DNA of 56,860 nt, filler included, from Catajapyx aquilonaris (GCA_000934665.2; 3 parts of 3 records of this genome joined end to end with filler, not necessarily neighbours in it), one strand, 5' to 3'; numbered from the whole stretch's first letter, positions 35,072 to 48,669 are shown. Translations and numbers: made by a program. Notes: a model not told the origin generated them from the letters alone.

Positions 35072-37953
35072 TTAGTACAGGACAGTTGTATAAGAACATA
35101 AACAGTGACAATTTATTTGGANAAAAAAAAAAAAAAAAAAACGCGCGGCAAACGGCGCGCATTGAGGCATATTTATTATTTATATTTATTATTGCCAACA
35201 ATTAATAATAATTGGCGGGGCAGGCGTTTGCCGCTTCACGCTGCCACAAAATCTTTTTGTGTTTTGGCCTTAATGCTTAGATGCTGTCAGAAATAGCAGT
35301 TTTCAAGGAGTCAACCAACATAAATATGCTACACTGGTCTCGTAGGATTTCATCTGATGCCAAGGGGGTTGAAATATTCGGATTGCACTCCAGGTGGTCC
35401 TGCTTTTTAACATGGCTAGACCTAGATTAATTAAAATTAAGCACTAGAAGTAAGTAAATTGCACTCCAGATGGAGTGCACACTTTGCACCTGGACAAAAA
35501 CGATTCAACCCCTGTGATGCTTCAATCTTTGGACATATAATATTTCAGGGATGTGAGATTAACATCATAATTATGGAAAAGTACACAGCCAAATTCATTT
35601 CATTACATTTCCCCCAACTGGAACTGCATCACTTTCAGGTGACTAGAAAAAGTTCATTGAAGACTATACTGGAAAATATTGAAACTTCTTATAAATTACC
35701 CGAAAAGATTCTATCAGTGAAGAGTGAAGAACAGGGTCCAGATAATTACAACCCAAACAAAAATTCGCATCTCAAAATGGGTTTATCATACACATATGGA
35801 TTACAGTATTTCATTACAAAGAAAAATATTCAAAGCTTTTTCGACATATTTTTTCAATAAAATTTTATCTGGTTATCCCAACGGTTATTCTAGGTATGCT
35901 GATGATATTATGATCTAAGTCATTTGTTTTAGAGCATGTTGGGTGTACAAGTAACTGCAGCATCCATATAAGTGTCAACTACTGACTCAGGTAATTTCTC
36001 ACTTTGACCTGGTGGACAATATGATCACACATGAAAAAAATCCATTGGGATTAAGCTTGGCAATCTAGGAGAATGGTCGAGCCACATGTAACTGGGGCCT
36101 CACGCTTGGACATTGCCAGAGAATTATGCACTTCTCCGCTTACCAAATGGAGATGTCTTACAACAAGATGGTGTACCACCACCTAGAGCCTTACTGTGAG
36201 GCATCATACAAATCACACGTAGCCCGGGCAATGGACCAGCAGAGGAGGGACAAGTGCAAGTCTTCTTAGAGTCTCCTAGGTGTCCAAACTTAATCACAAC
36301 TGATTTTTCCAGTTTAGTCATGTGAAAAACATTGCAGGTGACATTTAGAAAACATTGGTATGTAACACTGGACAAACCTCGACTGGATATTTGTAAATGT
36401 TCACTGAAATTTCAGGTGTTACTGGGGACACTGTAGCTATGTTTACACCCAACTTGCTACTGAATACAGGGACTGAGATTGAAAATTTCTTTACGGTGCT
36501 TTGCTAATGCAGTGATTTTAATTACATTAACTTTTATTATTTCCAGTATTTTCCTTGCTTTTACAGTGGTAATGCATACATTAGCTGAATTTCAGTCAAT
36601 GACATTATTTTATTACTTTTACAGTTTTTTTGCCCAGTGTAATTGCAAACTTAATAGGGCACATATTATGTCTTAGGACCTTTATATGTATTAGCTAGTG
36701 AAAAAAATCTGTGATCTGTTTTAGTACAGTGAAGTGATCTGAAAGTGAACTGCCATATAGTGAGGTATGCCTGTAATATATTCAATTCCACCATTTCAGG
36801 CCACATTGTTACAAGAACAGAAGACAACAAGGAATATGGGTATGGCAGGGAAATGCCACCGAAAAGAAGGCAATGCATTGCAATGCATCTATTCAAGTGT
36901 AGTACTCTCCGAGAACATCAAAAGACCAGTATACTACTGGATATTGCAATCCAAATCACTTGCATTCATTCATATACCAACTGTTTGTACACTCAGGGTG
37001 GTTTGGACCAAAATAATTGCGTGGGAGGATCCCGGTTTGTCTGTGACTTTTTAGAGGCGCACATTTTCAATTCATATTTATTATTTATCAAGATCACAAT
37101 GAAAATAGATTTTGAAAATGGAAGGAAATGAGACAGTCAGAATTAAATTCCTCTAAAACCCAGAAAACACTGACTGAACCTCTTTCCACATGAGAAAATC
37201 ATCTTTAAGTTTAGGGCCTCAGATACCTAAGGCTGAGCCAAAATCATTTGTGGCCTGCTGCCTGCCAAGGCTTCCAAAAATGTGGATGGTGTTTCTCCAT
37301 CCATGGTGAAAATGCAAAGGGATGTGTTGATGGATTATTATTCACCCCTGGAGGGGTACACAAAGTTGTGGACATGAAGAAAGCACAGCAAGAACCGTGG
37401 CAAGTTTTGCTTAGAGTTCAAAAGCAGTGCAGAAGAATCCATCAATTTTCCCCCATTCTCTCCCTTTGGATTGCAAACCTGGGCAGAGAAAGACTCTGTG
37501 CACTGCTTCAGAGCAAAAATTCCTCTAGTTGAAAAGGCTATGAAAATGTCAATTTTACCTGTACTATTGACCGCAAAAGTAATGTCGCGACTGTTTATGT
37601 GCTTTTGTGTTTATGTGTTGGTAATCCTGGGCGCTGCCATGTTACGGACATGTTTATTTGGCGATGTTCCGGAATCCACAACACTCTGCTCACCGGTCAC
37701 GGCCGCGGTCCCTTGGCCGCACAGTCCCGCAAGTGGCCGGACGGTCTGGGTCGCTGTTTGAGAGCGCCGCTATTTATTCGTGCAACTTATTTCTACGAGT
37801 ATAGTTTGGGTAATTCCATGTGAGATCATACAACTATGTTCACCCGACATTTTTAAAAATAGAAAATCAAAATTTGGCACTCAGGATCGTATTTTGTCAA
37901 GGTCACAGGAGCATATTTTTAAACCAGATAACCGCTATAGGTCACGAGAAATG

Positions 37954-38053
37954 NNNNNNNNNNNNNNNNNNNNNNNNNNNNNNNNNNNNNNNNNNNNTTA
38001 ATTAATTAANNNNNNNNNNNNNNNNNNNNNNNNNNNNNNNNNNNNNNNNNNNN
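37954..38053. other. Artificial contig-joining spacer
   Basis: 44 N + TTAATTAATTAA + 44 N, identical to the first spacer. Confidence 0.95.
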
Positions 38054-38170
38054 AAAGTCGTGAATAGGATTTAAATACATGCCGGTGGGTTATTAATTAT
38101 GCGCATAAATGCAGTACGCTGCGATTGAATCTCTTGGTTTACAAAAATATTAATTACAAATCAGTTGCTT

Positions 38171-38404
38171 TGGAACTGATACTCGTAAGATTATGGTGAA
38201 AAATATTACCTGCCAATATTTGGCTGCCGAATTGTCTTTTATTTTTGGAGTCGTAGGGTCCAATTTTTGTCCCACTTCTAGTCACTGCTAACTGTTGGCA
38301 GCGGTGACTAGAAGTGGGAGGAAAATTCTACCCTACCCAATGACTCCAAAAATAAAAGACAATTCGGCAGCCATATTTTTAAACATCTACGAGTATCAGT
38401 TCCA
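38171..38404. repeat. Palindromic MITE-like element
   Basis: TGGAACTGATACTCGTA...GGCTGCCGAATTGTCTTTTATTTTTGGAGTC and its reverse complement, centre ~38290. Confidence 0.75.
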
Positions 38405-38496
38405 CACACACTGGTACTGCTAAGTTAGTGAGTAACTAGCAGTGGGACAAAAATTCTACCCATTTTCTCTCTTACCTGAACAGATAACACTTAGGT

Positions 38497-38756
38497 CAGG
38501 GAGCATATACATACTACATAAGAGGCGCACACATTCTATTTCCGCGTCTCTCTGTTTGGGTATTGCCAAGACTGGCGGCCATCTTGAAGTGTGGGCAACG
38601 CCAACGAGGTATAAATAGGGTACCCTATTTATACCTAGTTGGCGTTCCCCACACTTCAAGATGGCCGCCAGCCTTGGCAACGGCCCCAAACAGAAAGACG
38701 CGAACATCAAAGGCGCCGACATAAGTTTGCGCCTCTTATGTAGTATATGCTCCCTG
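38497..38756. mobile_element. Foldback MITE family F, copy 1 (internally deleted, 260 bp)
   Basis: TIR CAGGGAGCATATAC...TACATAAGAGGCGCA. 7-bp TSD CTTAGGT. Confidence 0.92.
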
Positions 38757-39801
38757 CTTAGGTCATGAAACCCGATCTCAGGTATGTTTTACAAATTATA
38801 ACAGCTAATACGTACAGATGACGCCTTAAAATAAGCATTATTTTCGAATTATTTTACGTATACGAAAGGACACTATAGGTTTTGCTTTTTTCCCTGTTTT
38901 TTCCCCCATGAGAGTAGCTGTTGTTTGTAACCGAAACTTTCTGGGTTTCTGCAAGCTGTTGGATCACCCTGTATATAAATGAACACTTCCCATCATTATA
39001 GTACAGGGTTGCACAGAAATAATTCAATTAGTCCAGATTGGTCCAGCTTAGTCAACCGTTACACAGAGAGAAACGGGTGCTTGTAATGTCTCGGTTTACT
39101 CAGTACACTACTGGTAAATTGGCGCTCACAACGAGCAGTGTTGCTTGAGGTGCGTGCAGCAGCATGTCTCGTCTAGTTAACTGAAGGTAATTGCAGCTGC
39201 GGTTTAAGAGCTTTCGCTGCTTATTAATCAGGGAGTTAAGCAGGTCTCGAGCCATAAATCACTCGAGGTTGCCTGGAGAATACGTCTTCAGAAAAGGGGG
39301 GGTCTGGCAAGGGGTGGAGCGGGGTGGAGGGTATAGGAGGGGGTCTTTCTTCGCCTCTGACGTCACTGGATTATTTACTGTACATCCCGCAATTATCAGC
39401 GCAGTAGTTCTCGGATGATTGCGCTCTTGGATTCTCCGCCATGGGAAAATCCCCAATCTTATCTCACGGGGCCTTTCAAATATATGTAACTCTATACCCC
39501 CTCACTGATGATGAAACCATGCGGTTGGCAGAACCCAGTCTCCGGAAGTACCCAAAGAGTAACTGCTGCATAATCATCATTCTGATGCGAGCAGGAATTA
39601 ATTTTAGTTTACTTAGCTACAGATTAACGAACGCAACAGAGTGCGCACCGCAGTTCGCGTAGCTTGTACGGTTGGAATTATCAATCTGCATAGTGGGTGT
39701 ACTGCGCTGATCTTATTTCCAACGCTACTCTAGGAGGAGAACAAAGTGGCTGACGTTTGCGACGTTGCCAAGGCTCTAGAACGAACCTCAGAAGCTACGG
39801 G

Positions 39802-40166
39802 CAGGGAGCATATACTAGGCTACATAAGAGGCGCAAACTTCTGTCGGCGCCTTTGATGTCCGCGTCTCTCTGTTTGGGGCCGTTGCCAAGGCTGGCGGCC
39901 ATTTTGAAGTGTGGGCAACACCAACGAGGCATAAATAAGGTACAGGCAAAAATATGGTCCGCCATCTTTGATGGTTTTGATGGCGGCCATGGCAACTACA
40001 CGGCAAGAATCAAAGATGGCGGACCCTATTTTTGCCTGTACTCTATTTATACCTCGTTGGCGTTGCCTACACTTCAAAATGGTCGCCAGCCATGGCAACG
40101 CCCCAAACAGAGAGACGCGGAAATCGAATGTTTGCGCCTCTTATGTAGTATACTGTATGCTCCCTG
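39802..40166. mobile_element. Foldback MITE family F, copy 2
   Basis: Same TIR. 7-bp TSD CTACGGG. Confidence 0.92.
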
Positions 40167-42223
40167 CTACGGGTGTTATTTTGGCTCCTGGGCAACGGTG
40201 TTGTCAGAACCACTGCGCGAGTGTGGGTGCGCACTCGGTTGCGCTCGTTAAAAAAAATCATCTCTAGTATCTTATCTTCAACAAAAGGCTTCCAGATATA
40301 CATGAGAATATTATTGGAGCCGGAAACAAGAGGATTAACTTGACAGCAAACTGCAGGAAATACGTAGAAGCTTATAATATGACAGGCCCAGTTCATTACC
40401 AGATTAATTGCAGTCATGCGGGTTAATAACAGGGAGTGCAGTGCGCGCTATGCAAAAACCGCATCGGATGAACACACACACAAAAAAGTTGGAATAGTCT
40501 AGACCGGTCTAGACGCGCACACTGTATATACACTAATGTTATGCATGCTGGAATTTCATCTACTAATAAATTATGCTGCGGTGCACTGTACTGTACTGAG
40601 GTATTACGCTCATTGCGCGTGCAATGCGAGCTATGTCCTCGTACAGTCACCTTCTGCTCTGGGCCTCTGGCACTGCGATAATGAACATTCACCGAATGAG
40701 CTGTTGGCCAGGCAATATGTTATGGATTGTTCACCCAAGCAACAGCACGAAATGTCTTCAAATTTTTTTCACGGATTATTTTGCAGCTTGTTCATACACC
40801 GCCTTTGTTGTATCCATCCATAGTCAGAATTATTCCCAGCTTTTAAAACTGTAAAAAGTTCAGCAGCCCCATTGAGTCGGTTCAAACTGTTTCCATTGTT
40901 CGTTTGTCTAATCTCGTATTACCTTTCGGCTGGTACTGATTAGGTGTGAACGATTCGATTGTTGGCGGTGTTGAAGGGGGGGACCCAACCCCCCCACAGG
41001 CATTAAACGGTGTTGTGCCTCCGACACAATCTAATCCGAAGGGAGTGAGCCTGGATGATTAGCCTCCAACCACACGAGAGATCACACCACACGTGGATTA
41101 CTCATTATTGCATTACCACTCACTCCAGGCAAGCATCGACATACGCTCATAACCTCAGACGTGAAGCAAATTGCGCAAATCACGTTTTTGTTCCGACGAA
41201 CTAATAAATCAACCAATCAATCATGCTATACTAATCCCCTTATTCTCTCCGTCTGCTTATATACTGTCCTTGTAGACTCAGTATTATTTACCATAGTTTT
41301 CACTTTCCCCGTTCAAATGATTAGAGGACACAGCTGTCATCAGAGAGGGTGGGACCCACTTCAAAGGAGGCGAGACACGGTTATATAGCACCCTGGTGGG
41401 CTTTGTCCGTGCGGTGACTCATCACCAACGTGCATGCAGTACTGCTTTCCCCCTGAGAGTGGCAGTAGTGTGCGCCAACTGGTAGTGGGATATCGTACTA
41501 CTTCCAAGTGTGGGATGGGGGGGGGGGGCAATCAGTGTTGCCATCTGGCAACGGGTCCGCTACTAGTAAATAAATAAATAATGATCATCGTCGTCGAAAC
41601 TATTTGTGATTTCCATTCTGGCAGCATGATCTACAGTTTTGATCAAATCATGTTTTAATGATAAGTGTCGATAATAAAATAATTGATTCCCGATTTGATT
41701 GTTGCAGGGAGCAACCTGGTTGGGAAGTTTACTCAAAGTGTACGTCGCATCGTGCAAGAAGTGAAAGATGAGAGCACTCCAGGTCAGTACACTTGTTTTT
41801 CCACATACGATCTGTATACCTCTATATCTACTGTAGCCGAATAGGGGGGGGGGNGGCATTCCCCAAAAATGAAACGATGGCAACGGCCTTGTTTCTCCTG
41901 GGGAAGGGGTGAACTAGGCAATTAGGTTTTGGAAGCAGGCGCCGACTATTATGACGATTGGCTCTTCAAGCCTGGATGGATCTGGAGGAGAAAACGCTTT
42001 TTTTTTACTGCTTTTACCTAATGGGATCCTGCATGGAAAGGGCAGCGGACCAAGGCCAATCTGAATAACAGCCCCTTTGATGGGTTCGCCATTTTTAGTA
42101 TTTTAAAAATCCAATTCGGGATGAGATTTCCCAAAAAAAATGGCGAGAGAATGATGCGGAACTAATTGCGGTTGGCTGGCTCGTTTGCAAGGATATGTAA
42201 TTCAAGTTGCTATAATTTTGCAG

Positions 42224-44063
42224 GTGGACAGTCGAAAGAAGACGTGATCCAGACGAACGAGCGTCTTCGAGCAGTTCGAGCCCGTCTGGACGAGTCGTAC
42301 GAGCTGGCCAAAACGTCGCTGATTACTTTGCACCAGAAGTACAATGACAGCAAGACCACGAGAAATATATTCACCAGATATGCCATGCTTAAAGCCATGA
42401 TCAAGGTAAGGAAGGAGGTTACACCCAGCACAGGTCTGGTCACTCCACTTCTTATCTCGTGCCATTACCAGCTGTGGAGTTGCCGCTTCGGCGCTGCTGT
42501 ATAGTGCTCAACTATGTGGCGATCCTGGCGGACGATTCTGCCTTTAGTCTAAAGGCAGAATCGTCCGCCAGGATCGCCACACAATCGAGCACTACAGCTC
42601 ACCCACAGCTGATAAGGGCACGGGGGCCTCCATAAGGCTGGGGTAGGAGTGTAAGTGAGCTGAAATTCTGACGTCATCCAACCAAGATGGCTCCCATTTG
42701 GTGTGTGCTGTGCAGTGCTGATGGCATGTAATGTCAATGTGCGATTGTTTTGTGTCCGAGTCAGGAGGTGGTCCGGTTGGAAACGCAATACTGGGCACTG
42801 GTGGAGATACCGAAGCAGGAGAAGCAAGAGGCTGTGTCGACCTACGTCCTCAGGGCCTGCTCCAGCCTGGAGAAGTCTCAGAAGCCAGGGGAAGGGGTGA
42901 AGACCGGAAGCAAGTTGGCGGAGGAAGAGGAGAAGAGGAGGGACAGACTGGACAGGCTCGAGAGTACGTGTGGCCATCAGAGAGCCAGAGGGTGCTCCAA
43001 CTGATAATACTCATTGGTCCTCTGTGTGTTTCAGACTTGACGACGGCGCAGGTGGAGGCTGAGAACACGCAGATGACCAATGACCTCTACCGGCTGCTGA
43101 AGAAGTACCTCGGATTGCGCGCCGTCATTAGAGAGTTGAAGGTATACGCTCTCTCGAAGCATGCACAGCCATTCAGTACACGTGCTGTTCTCCTGTTTAT
43201 TTATTTATTTATTTACAGCAATAATAACAAAAGCAGGTGACTAATTAGTGTTCCTCACCAAAAGAGATGTGAATATTACGTTCAAGTAGTCATTGCGAAC
43301 TTTTGAGCAGGATTTCAGTTTTGATGAGTATTCATTAATATTCTGCAGAATTTGCGCAATCTGCGTGCGTAATTATTATGAATATTCGATGAAAAAGTAA
43401 TTAACTTACAGAATGTGTCATTTCACGTACCGGTGTAATATTTCACGAGCAATTTTTTTTGGCGCTGTGATGCTCATTTCTTGCAAACTATTGGCTTAAT
43501 AAAAATTTTACATTGAAAGAACTTTAAGGAAGTAAAATCCAAATTGACTCAATTTTTTATCGAAGCAAGTTGTCATGTTACTGCAACTGCAGGTTGTCAC
43601 TATACTCTTTGAATGGCTTGATATGCGACTACAGTATTTTGTTGAACTATAATAGCAATATGCGCAAATTTGGTAACTTTAATCTTTCCTCTTTTGGCTG
43701 ATAAGCTGTATATGGTATAACTTACATATTGTGCAATATTGGTAAGTGCTAATAATGAGCTATCAGTAAAATAGACGCGACTGCAAAATATAGTCAGCTA
43801 CAGCCTTCTGGCTAAGTAATTGTGATAATAACTAATTAATTTCGTGTGTTCAGTAACATATAAATTCTATTACAAGTTGGATCCGTTGTTAACGTGGAAC
43901 TTGCCCAGCCCGGCCAGCACTAACAATATTTATCTTTCAGAACCAGTACGGCAACTCAAAGTACTTTCCGATCATCCCTCGATACTCGTTGCTGAAGGAC
44001 ATGATAAAGGACGTGATGCGAGACCCGGACTACATGGAGGTTTGCCACGAGGTCACCAGTTAG
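42224..44063 (+). CDS. Uncharacterised coiled-coil protein with two-fold internal repeat (first exon not located)
   Basis: Exons 42224-42405, 42765-42963, 43035-43141 and 43941-44063 have canonical AG/GT ends and compatible phases. Protein: GQSKEDVIQTNERLRAVRARLDESYELAKTSLITLHQKYNDSKTTRNIFTRYAMLKAMIKEVVRLETQYW...RLENLTTAQVEAENTQMTNDLYRLLKKYLGLRAVIRELKNQYGNSKYFPIIPRYSLLKDMIKDVMRDPDYMEVCHEVTS*. Confidence 0.88.
42515..42581. repeat. Perfect intronic palindrome (33-bp arms, 1-nt spacer)
   Basis: TGTGGCGATCCTGGCGGACGATTCTGCCTTTAG-T-CTAAAGGCAGAATCGTCCGCCAGGATCGCCACA, extending imperfectly to ~42496-42598. Confidence 0.95.
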
Positions 44064-44815
44064 TGACCTCCACCGGGGTATCACGAATCACTCTGCTTTT
44101 TTTCCCTTGGAAAATGATTCCGGATTCACTTTTGGTCCGGATTATCACTCCCCCTCCGGATGACAAGGCCTGAAGCAGAGTACGGGGTGTTCAAGGTGTG
44201 CCAATTTTGTTTGTATTTCCAGGCCTGCCGTCTTCCGTGGCAGGGGCGAGTTAAAAAAAATAGCGGCGGGAAATTTGCAAAAAAAATTATATCTATCAAG
44301 GGACGAACAGCATAACCTCGCATGCACTTATGTCGTGTAGTAATTTTTTTTTTAAAGGACAAAGACATATCAACCGTACTGCCGTGACGTACACGTGTGA
44401 TGTTTCATTCACGTACGTTGTCTCAGGTTCTTTGTTTCCAACACTGATCATTGTTTCCAACCTTTTGATGCCTCGCAGCTAAAATCTCATTACTGCGTGG
44501 TGCACCGCAGCTAATTGTAATTACCGTATGTATACTCCCATCAGCCAGCCTCATGCGCAAGAACTTTCCCAAATTTAAGCACATAATTTCGCTGACTGGC
44601 AGCCAGTTCTCAACACCAACCTTATCACAACAGACACTTTCATTATGAAACCAGTTAATTTGCTTTGAAAGCACCATATTCTTCTTCTTCTTTCTAAATT
44701 TTGCGGCGAATAATGTGAATATTTGCATCACTTATTGGTATAATATGAAAGTCATCATTTTTGTGCAAGTACCACATGTGAACGTCACGATGTACGGATG
44801 AGCAGAGTGTGATGT

Positions 44816-44982
44816 CAGGGTGTCCAAAAGTCTGTGTACTTATCATTTATGTGAGCTGCAGTTATAAACGCTGATTAGCCACACCATGCCATACTTATGT
44901 GTTGAGACAATGTATTTTATGTGCTGGGGCTTTGTACATTATATACAAAAAGGTGTCCAAAAAAGGACTTGCGGACACCCTG
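44816..44982. mobile_element. Small Tc1/mariner-like MITE
   Basis: CAGGGGTGTCCAAAAGTC...GACTTGCGGACACCCTG termini. Confidence 0.45.
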
Positions 44983-46012
44983 CAGCAATGTGAGTAATTA
45001 ATTATATGTAAGACCGAAGCCGCGATAAGTATAGCGTTACAAACAATTGCATTGTGTTTACATTATATGTTACAGCCTATATAAATAAGTGCAATTTGAA
45101 TGAGCAGCAAGTAACGTTTTTGCCAACAAGTAACGACTTAGCGATTCCAAGTGATAGCCAACACCATTGTGATTTAAATCGCGAGTTAAATTTTTTTTCT
45201 GAGATATTAAGAAAACTGAATATATCAGATGTATCGCTATAAAAGTAGTGTCGACAGATTTGAAAATGATGTAGACCTATATCTGCGCATCTACGGCAGA
45301 AAAGTGGCGAATCTTGTGGGTCTGGCGGACCACACATTTTTTTAAAGAAAAAAGCTGATTTTAAATATAATATACATCTCATTAAAATAGCAGCTTTCAA
45401 ATAATTCTTGAAATACCTAAAAAACGCAATTTTTAATCACATCCAATCCTTGGGTAGTTGTCCGCAAGGCCAAAAAGGTTAGCCACCACTGAATCTTTGA
45501 AAACACTGTGATATATATAAAAAAAGAAAACACATTTCACCGGAGTCATGCAGAGCGTCATCAAGACAATCGGAGTGCAAGAAGCATCAAAGTTGACCCG
45601 AAAAACTTAACGGAGAGACATTTTTTTAAAAAAGAGAGAAAAGTTGTTGAATGTGTGTAGCGTGTTGATGGGGTTATTATTGGTCCGATTCCTTCATTTG
45701 AGAAAAAGAAAATCAGACACAAAAATAATAATAATCATTGCTTTAGATGTGTACGCTGAGTGTCCCGTCCCACTCTCTTTCTCTCTCTCTCTAACTATTT
45801 CCTCATCTTAAATAACTCAACCGTGATGTCTAATGTGCGTTGTGTGCAAAACTCACTTCTTATAACACGAAGCTGATTGTTACTGATTGTTACAGAAGAG
45901 AGAAAGGAGAAGCTCGTGGGGGAAATGGCGCGCAGAATTTTTATTTGCCAATTCATAGAAAAAACTCGTGTTAGTAGTTACGCTTTAAAAATATATGTAT
46001 ATTTAACGCAAC

Positions 46013-46367
46013 CAGGGAGCATATATACTACATAAGAGGCGCAAACATCGGTCAGCGCCATTGATTTCCGCGTCTCTCTGTTTGGGGCCGTTTCCAAGGC
46101 TGGCGGCCATCTTGAAGTGTGGGGAACGCCAACGAGGTATAAATAGGGTACAGGCAAAAATAGGGTCCGCCATCTTTGATGGTTTTGGCGGCCATGGCAA
46201 CTACACGGCAAGAACACGCGCGAATCAAAGATGGCGGACCCTATTTTTGCCTGTACCCTATTTATGCCTCGTTGGCGTTGCCCCCATTTCAAAATGGCCG
46301 CCAGCCTTGGCAACGCCCCCAAACAGAGAGACGCGCCTCTTATGTAGTATAATTATGCTGCTCCCTG
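46013..46367. mobile_element. Foldback MITE family F, copy 3
   Basis: Same TIR. 7-bp TSD ACGCAAC. Confidence 0.92.
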
Positions 46368-48669
46368 ACGCAACCATCAACTATTCCAAGAGTATATATT
46401 ATATTATTATAATTATTTATTATTATTCTATATTACAATATTTTCAAACAGATGTCGGACGATGTTGCAAAGTGTGCCATTTTCCCTGTGAGAAACTCGT
46501 TTTATTTGTTCGTTGTAAGAGACTTTAAAGCACGAGCGAACATGTCAGACAGTCACATAAATACAGTACGTGCATTACAAGTACAAAAATAATGTGCGAA
46601 AAATATGAGCGCCATATATTGTTCTTCAACCAACACAGATTTGCTTGGGGGAGGGGGAAAAAAAAAACCCCTCCCCTTTTCGCAGTTTGACAATTCACAG
46701 CCCTTCACTGACCTCTACCCCTCCTTTTCAAACTATCATTATCACAATAGCAGGCAATTAAACGCTAATTAAAGTTTCCTCTAACCAAATAAGTGACGGT
46801 GCTTTTTAAGAAAAAAAATAATTATTGGTTTCGTACAGAATTGCTAAAGAAAAAAACCAAAGAGTCTTATCACGTGAAGAAGTGATATACCGGGTGTGCC
46901 AGAACTAACCTCCGATTTTACTATTCTCTTTGAAAAGTGAGCCAATCACTTCAAAGCCCGTTGGCAGCACTTCGTCGGTTACTTCCGGCACCGCTTCCGG
47001 TGTGCAGTTAACTGTTTTGTACAGAGAAGATTATATATTAACCGTTGTGCTTGGATGAGTCACCAAGTGTCACGTGTCTTTTTGCCTGTCCTGATTGGTT
47101 GATGTCTCGCGCGTAAATGATGAGTCACCAATTGTAAAACACGATGTCGTTTTAAAGAAGAAAAAATAAGGATAAATAATAATAATAATAATAACTATAA
47201 TAATAATAATAAGCGAAGAGTGTTGTTGTCGAGTTAAATAAGCTGAAGTATCGTCGTAGGCTGTGCTGTCACATCATCATTATCTCCCCCTCTTTCTCTG
47301 AGCTCATTCATCGTTTTACTAACTATAACTATACGCCTCTATTTCTCTATTTAAAGAAAAGGTGTGTCGAAACGCATTCTGGTAACTGCTTCCTAAAAAT
47401 CGCAGGAGTGATAACGCAAACGTTTAAACTATTATTCTTACTCGAGAGTTCTATCGATTGGACATTATGGGTGAGACATATTATATTAATGGTTATTATA
47501 CAGAGAGAGCCATTCAGGTTATTACGTACAAATTAACTTTTTTTAAAAAAAGTAAAATTTAAGCGGAAGTACAGTTATATCGTATTTAACACTTACTATA
47601 AACTTCAGATTGATTTACTGTTGCATTAAAACATAACTAACAACATGATTTGTAATTCTAATGCAGTATTTTACATTTAGATGGCGAATACTGTAAAAAT
47701 GTTGTTATTGTGTTTGTACACTGGGTTCACTTTGTGAATAACTCTGAAATTTCTCAATCTGCCGAATTATTTTATATTACGACATTCGTAATTTTTACTA
47801 CTTTAAAAATTATTGGAGGAACATGCTGAAGGAGAAGTTTGAAAAATCATCCATCGGTACTTTTACACATTGAAATGCAACAAACTGGCGTAATATTTCA
47901 GAGGAAATGCCAATTACAAATCTAATATTTTTACTGACTTTATAGTCTATCTGACACCAAAATGTTGGACTGTTGCTACTTTAATAAGTTATTTGATGGT
48001 ATAGCTATTTCCGTTTTTTTTTTTAAATACTGGAAAATAATGATCTGCTGATCGGCAACAGCGCAGAAACAAACATTTGTTATAAAACCGCAAGCCTGAA
48101 TTGGTGATAAGGGTTTCTCTTGTAAATCAGCTTTAATAACGGTCACTATGATTTCACCTTAAATTTCACACACATTCAGGCATCTCCTGATAAGATCTCT
48201 CCTCAGAAAAGGCCTTTTGGGCCCAAAAAGGGAGGAAAAAAAGGAAAATCAACTGTACGACGGTCCTGAAAGGTTCTCAGATCCTCAGAATTGACTCCCT
48301 TTTGAGTCTCATCACCGCCTTCTCAATTGGCAAGTAGTGCAAAAAGGGTTTTTCACTTCCGCCTTATTTCACTCCTAATTGCCCCCCCTCTCTGAAAAGA
48401 AGAAACGCGAACAAAATTCTGCTTCACTTCGCATCAATTATTTTCACGCCTTTTTGAAATACCGGTACATTACAAAAGTAATAATATTTAAAGAAGCAGT
48501 TTTATCAGAGGAAGTGGTTTTTTTCTGGATGGACTTCCTTTATATACTCGTTGCAGCTTCCGTCCCTCGAAACCCAATCCGTCTTGCAAAGCATGCCTCT
48601 TGTTCCCAAAATGGAGGGAAAAACCACTCTGAATGCACTGGATTCTGCGAGTTTTTCAGAAAATTTCTC

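Noticed and set aside
39757..40417. Many overlapping ORFs (ASLCLGPLPRLAAILKCG..., MADPIFACTLFIPRW...) recurring at 38.5, 39.8, 46.0 and 52.2 kb, resembling a small gene family
   Set aside because: They are translations of the GC-rich palindromic MITE F on both strands, with frameshifts differing between copies.
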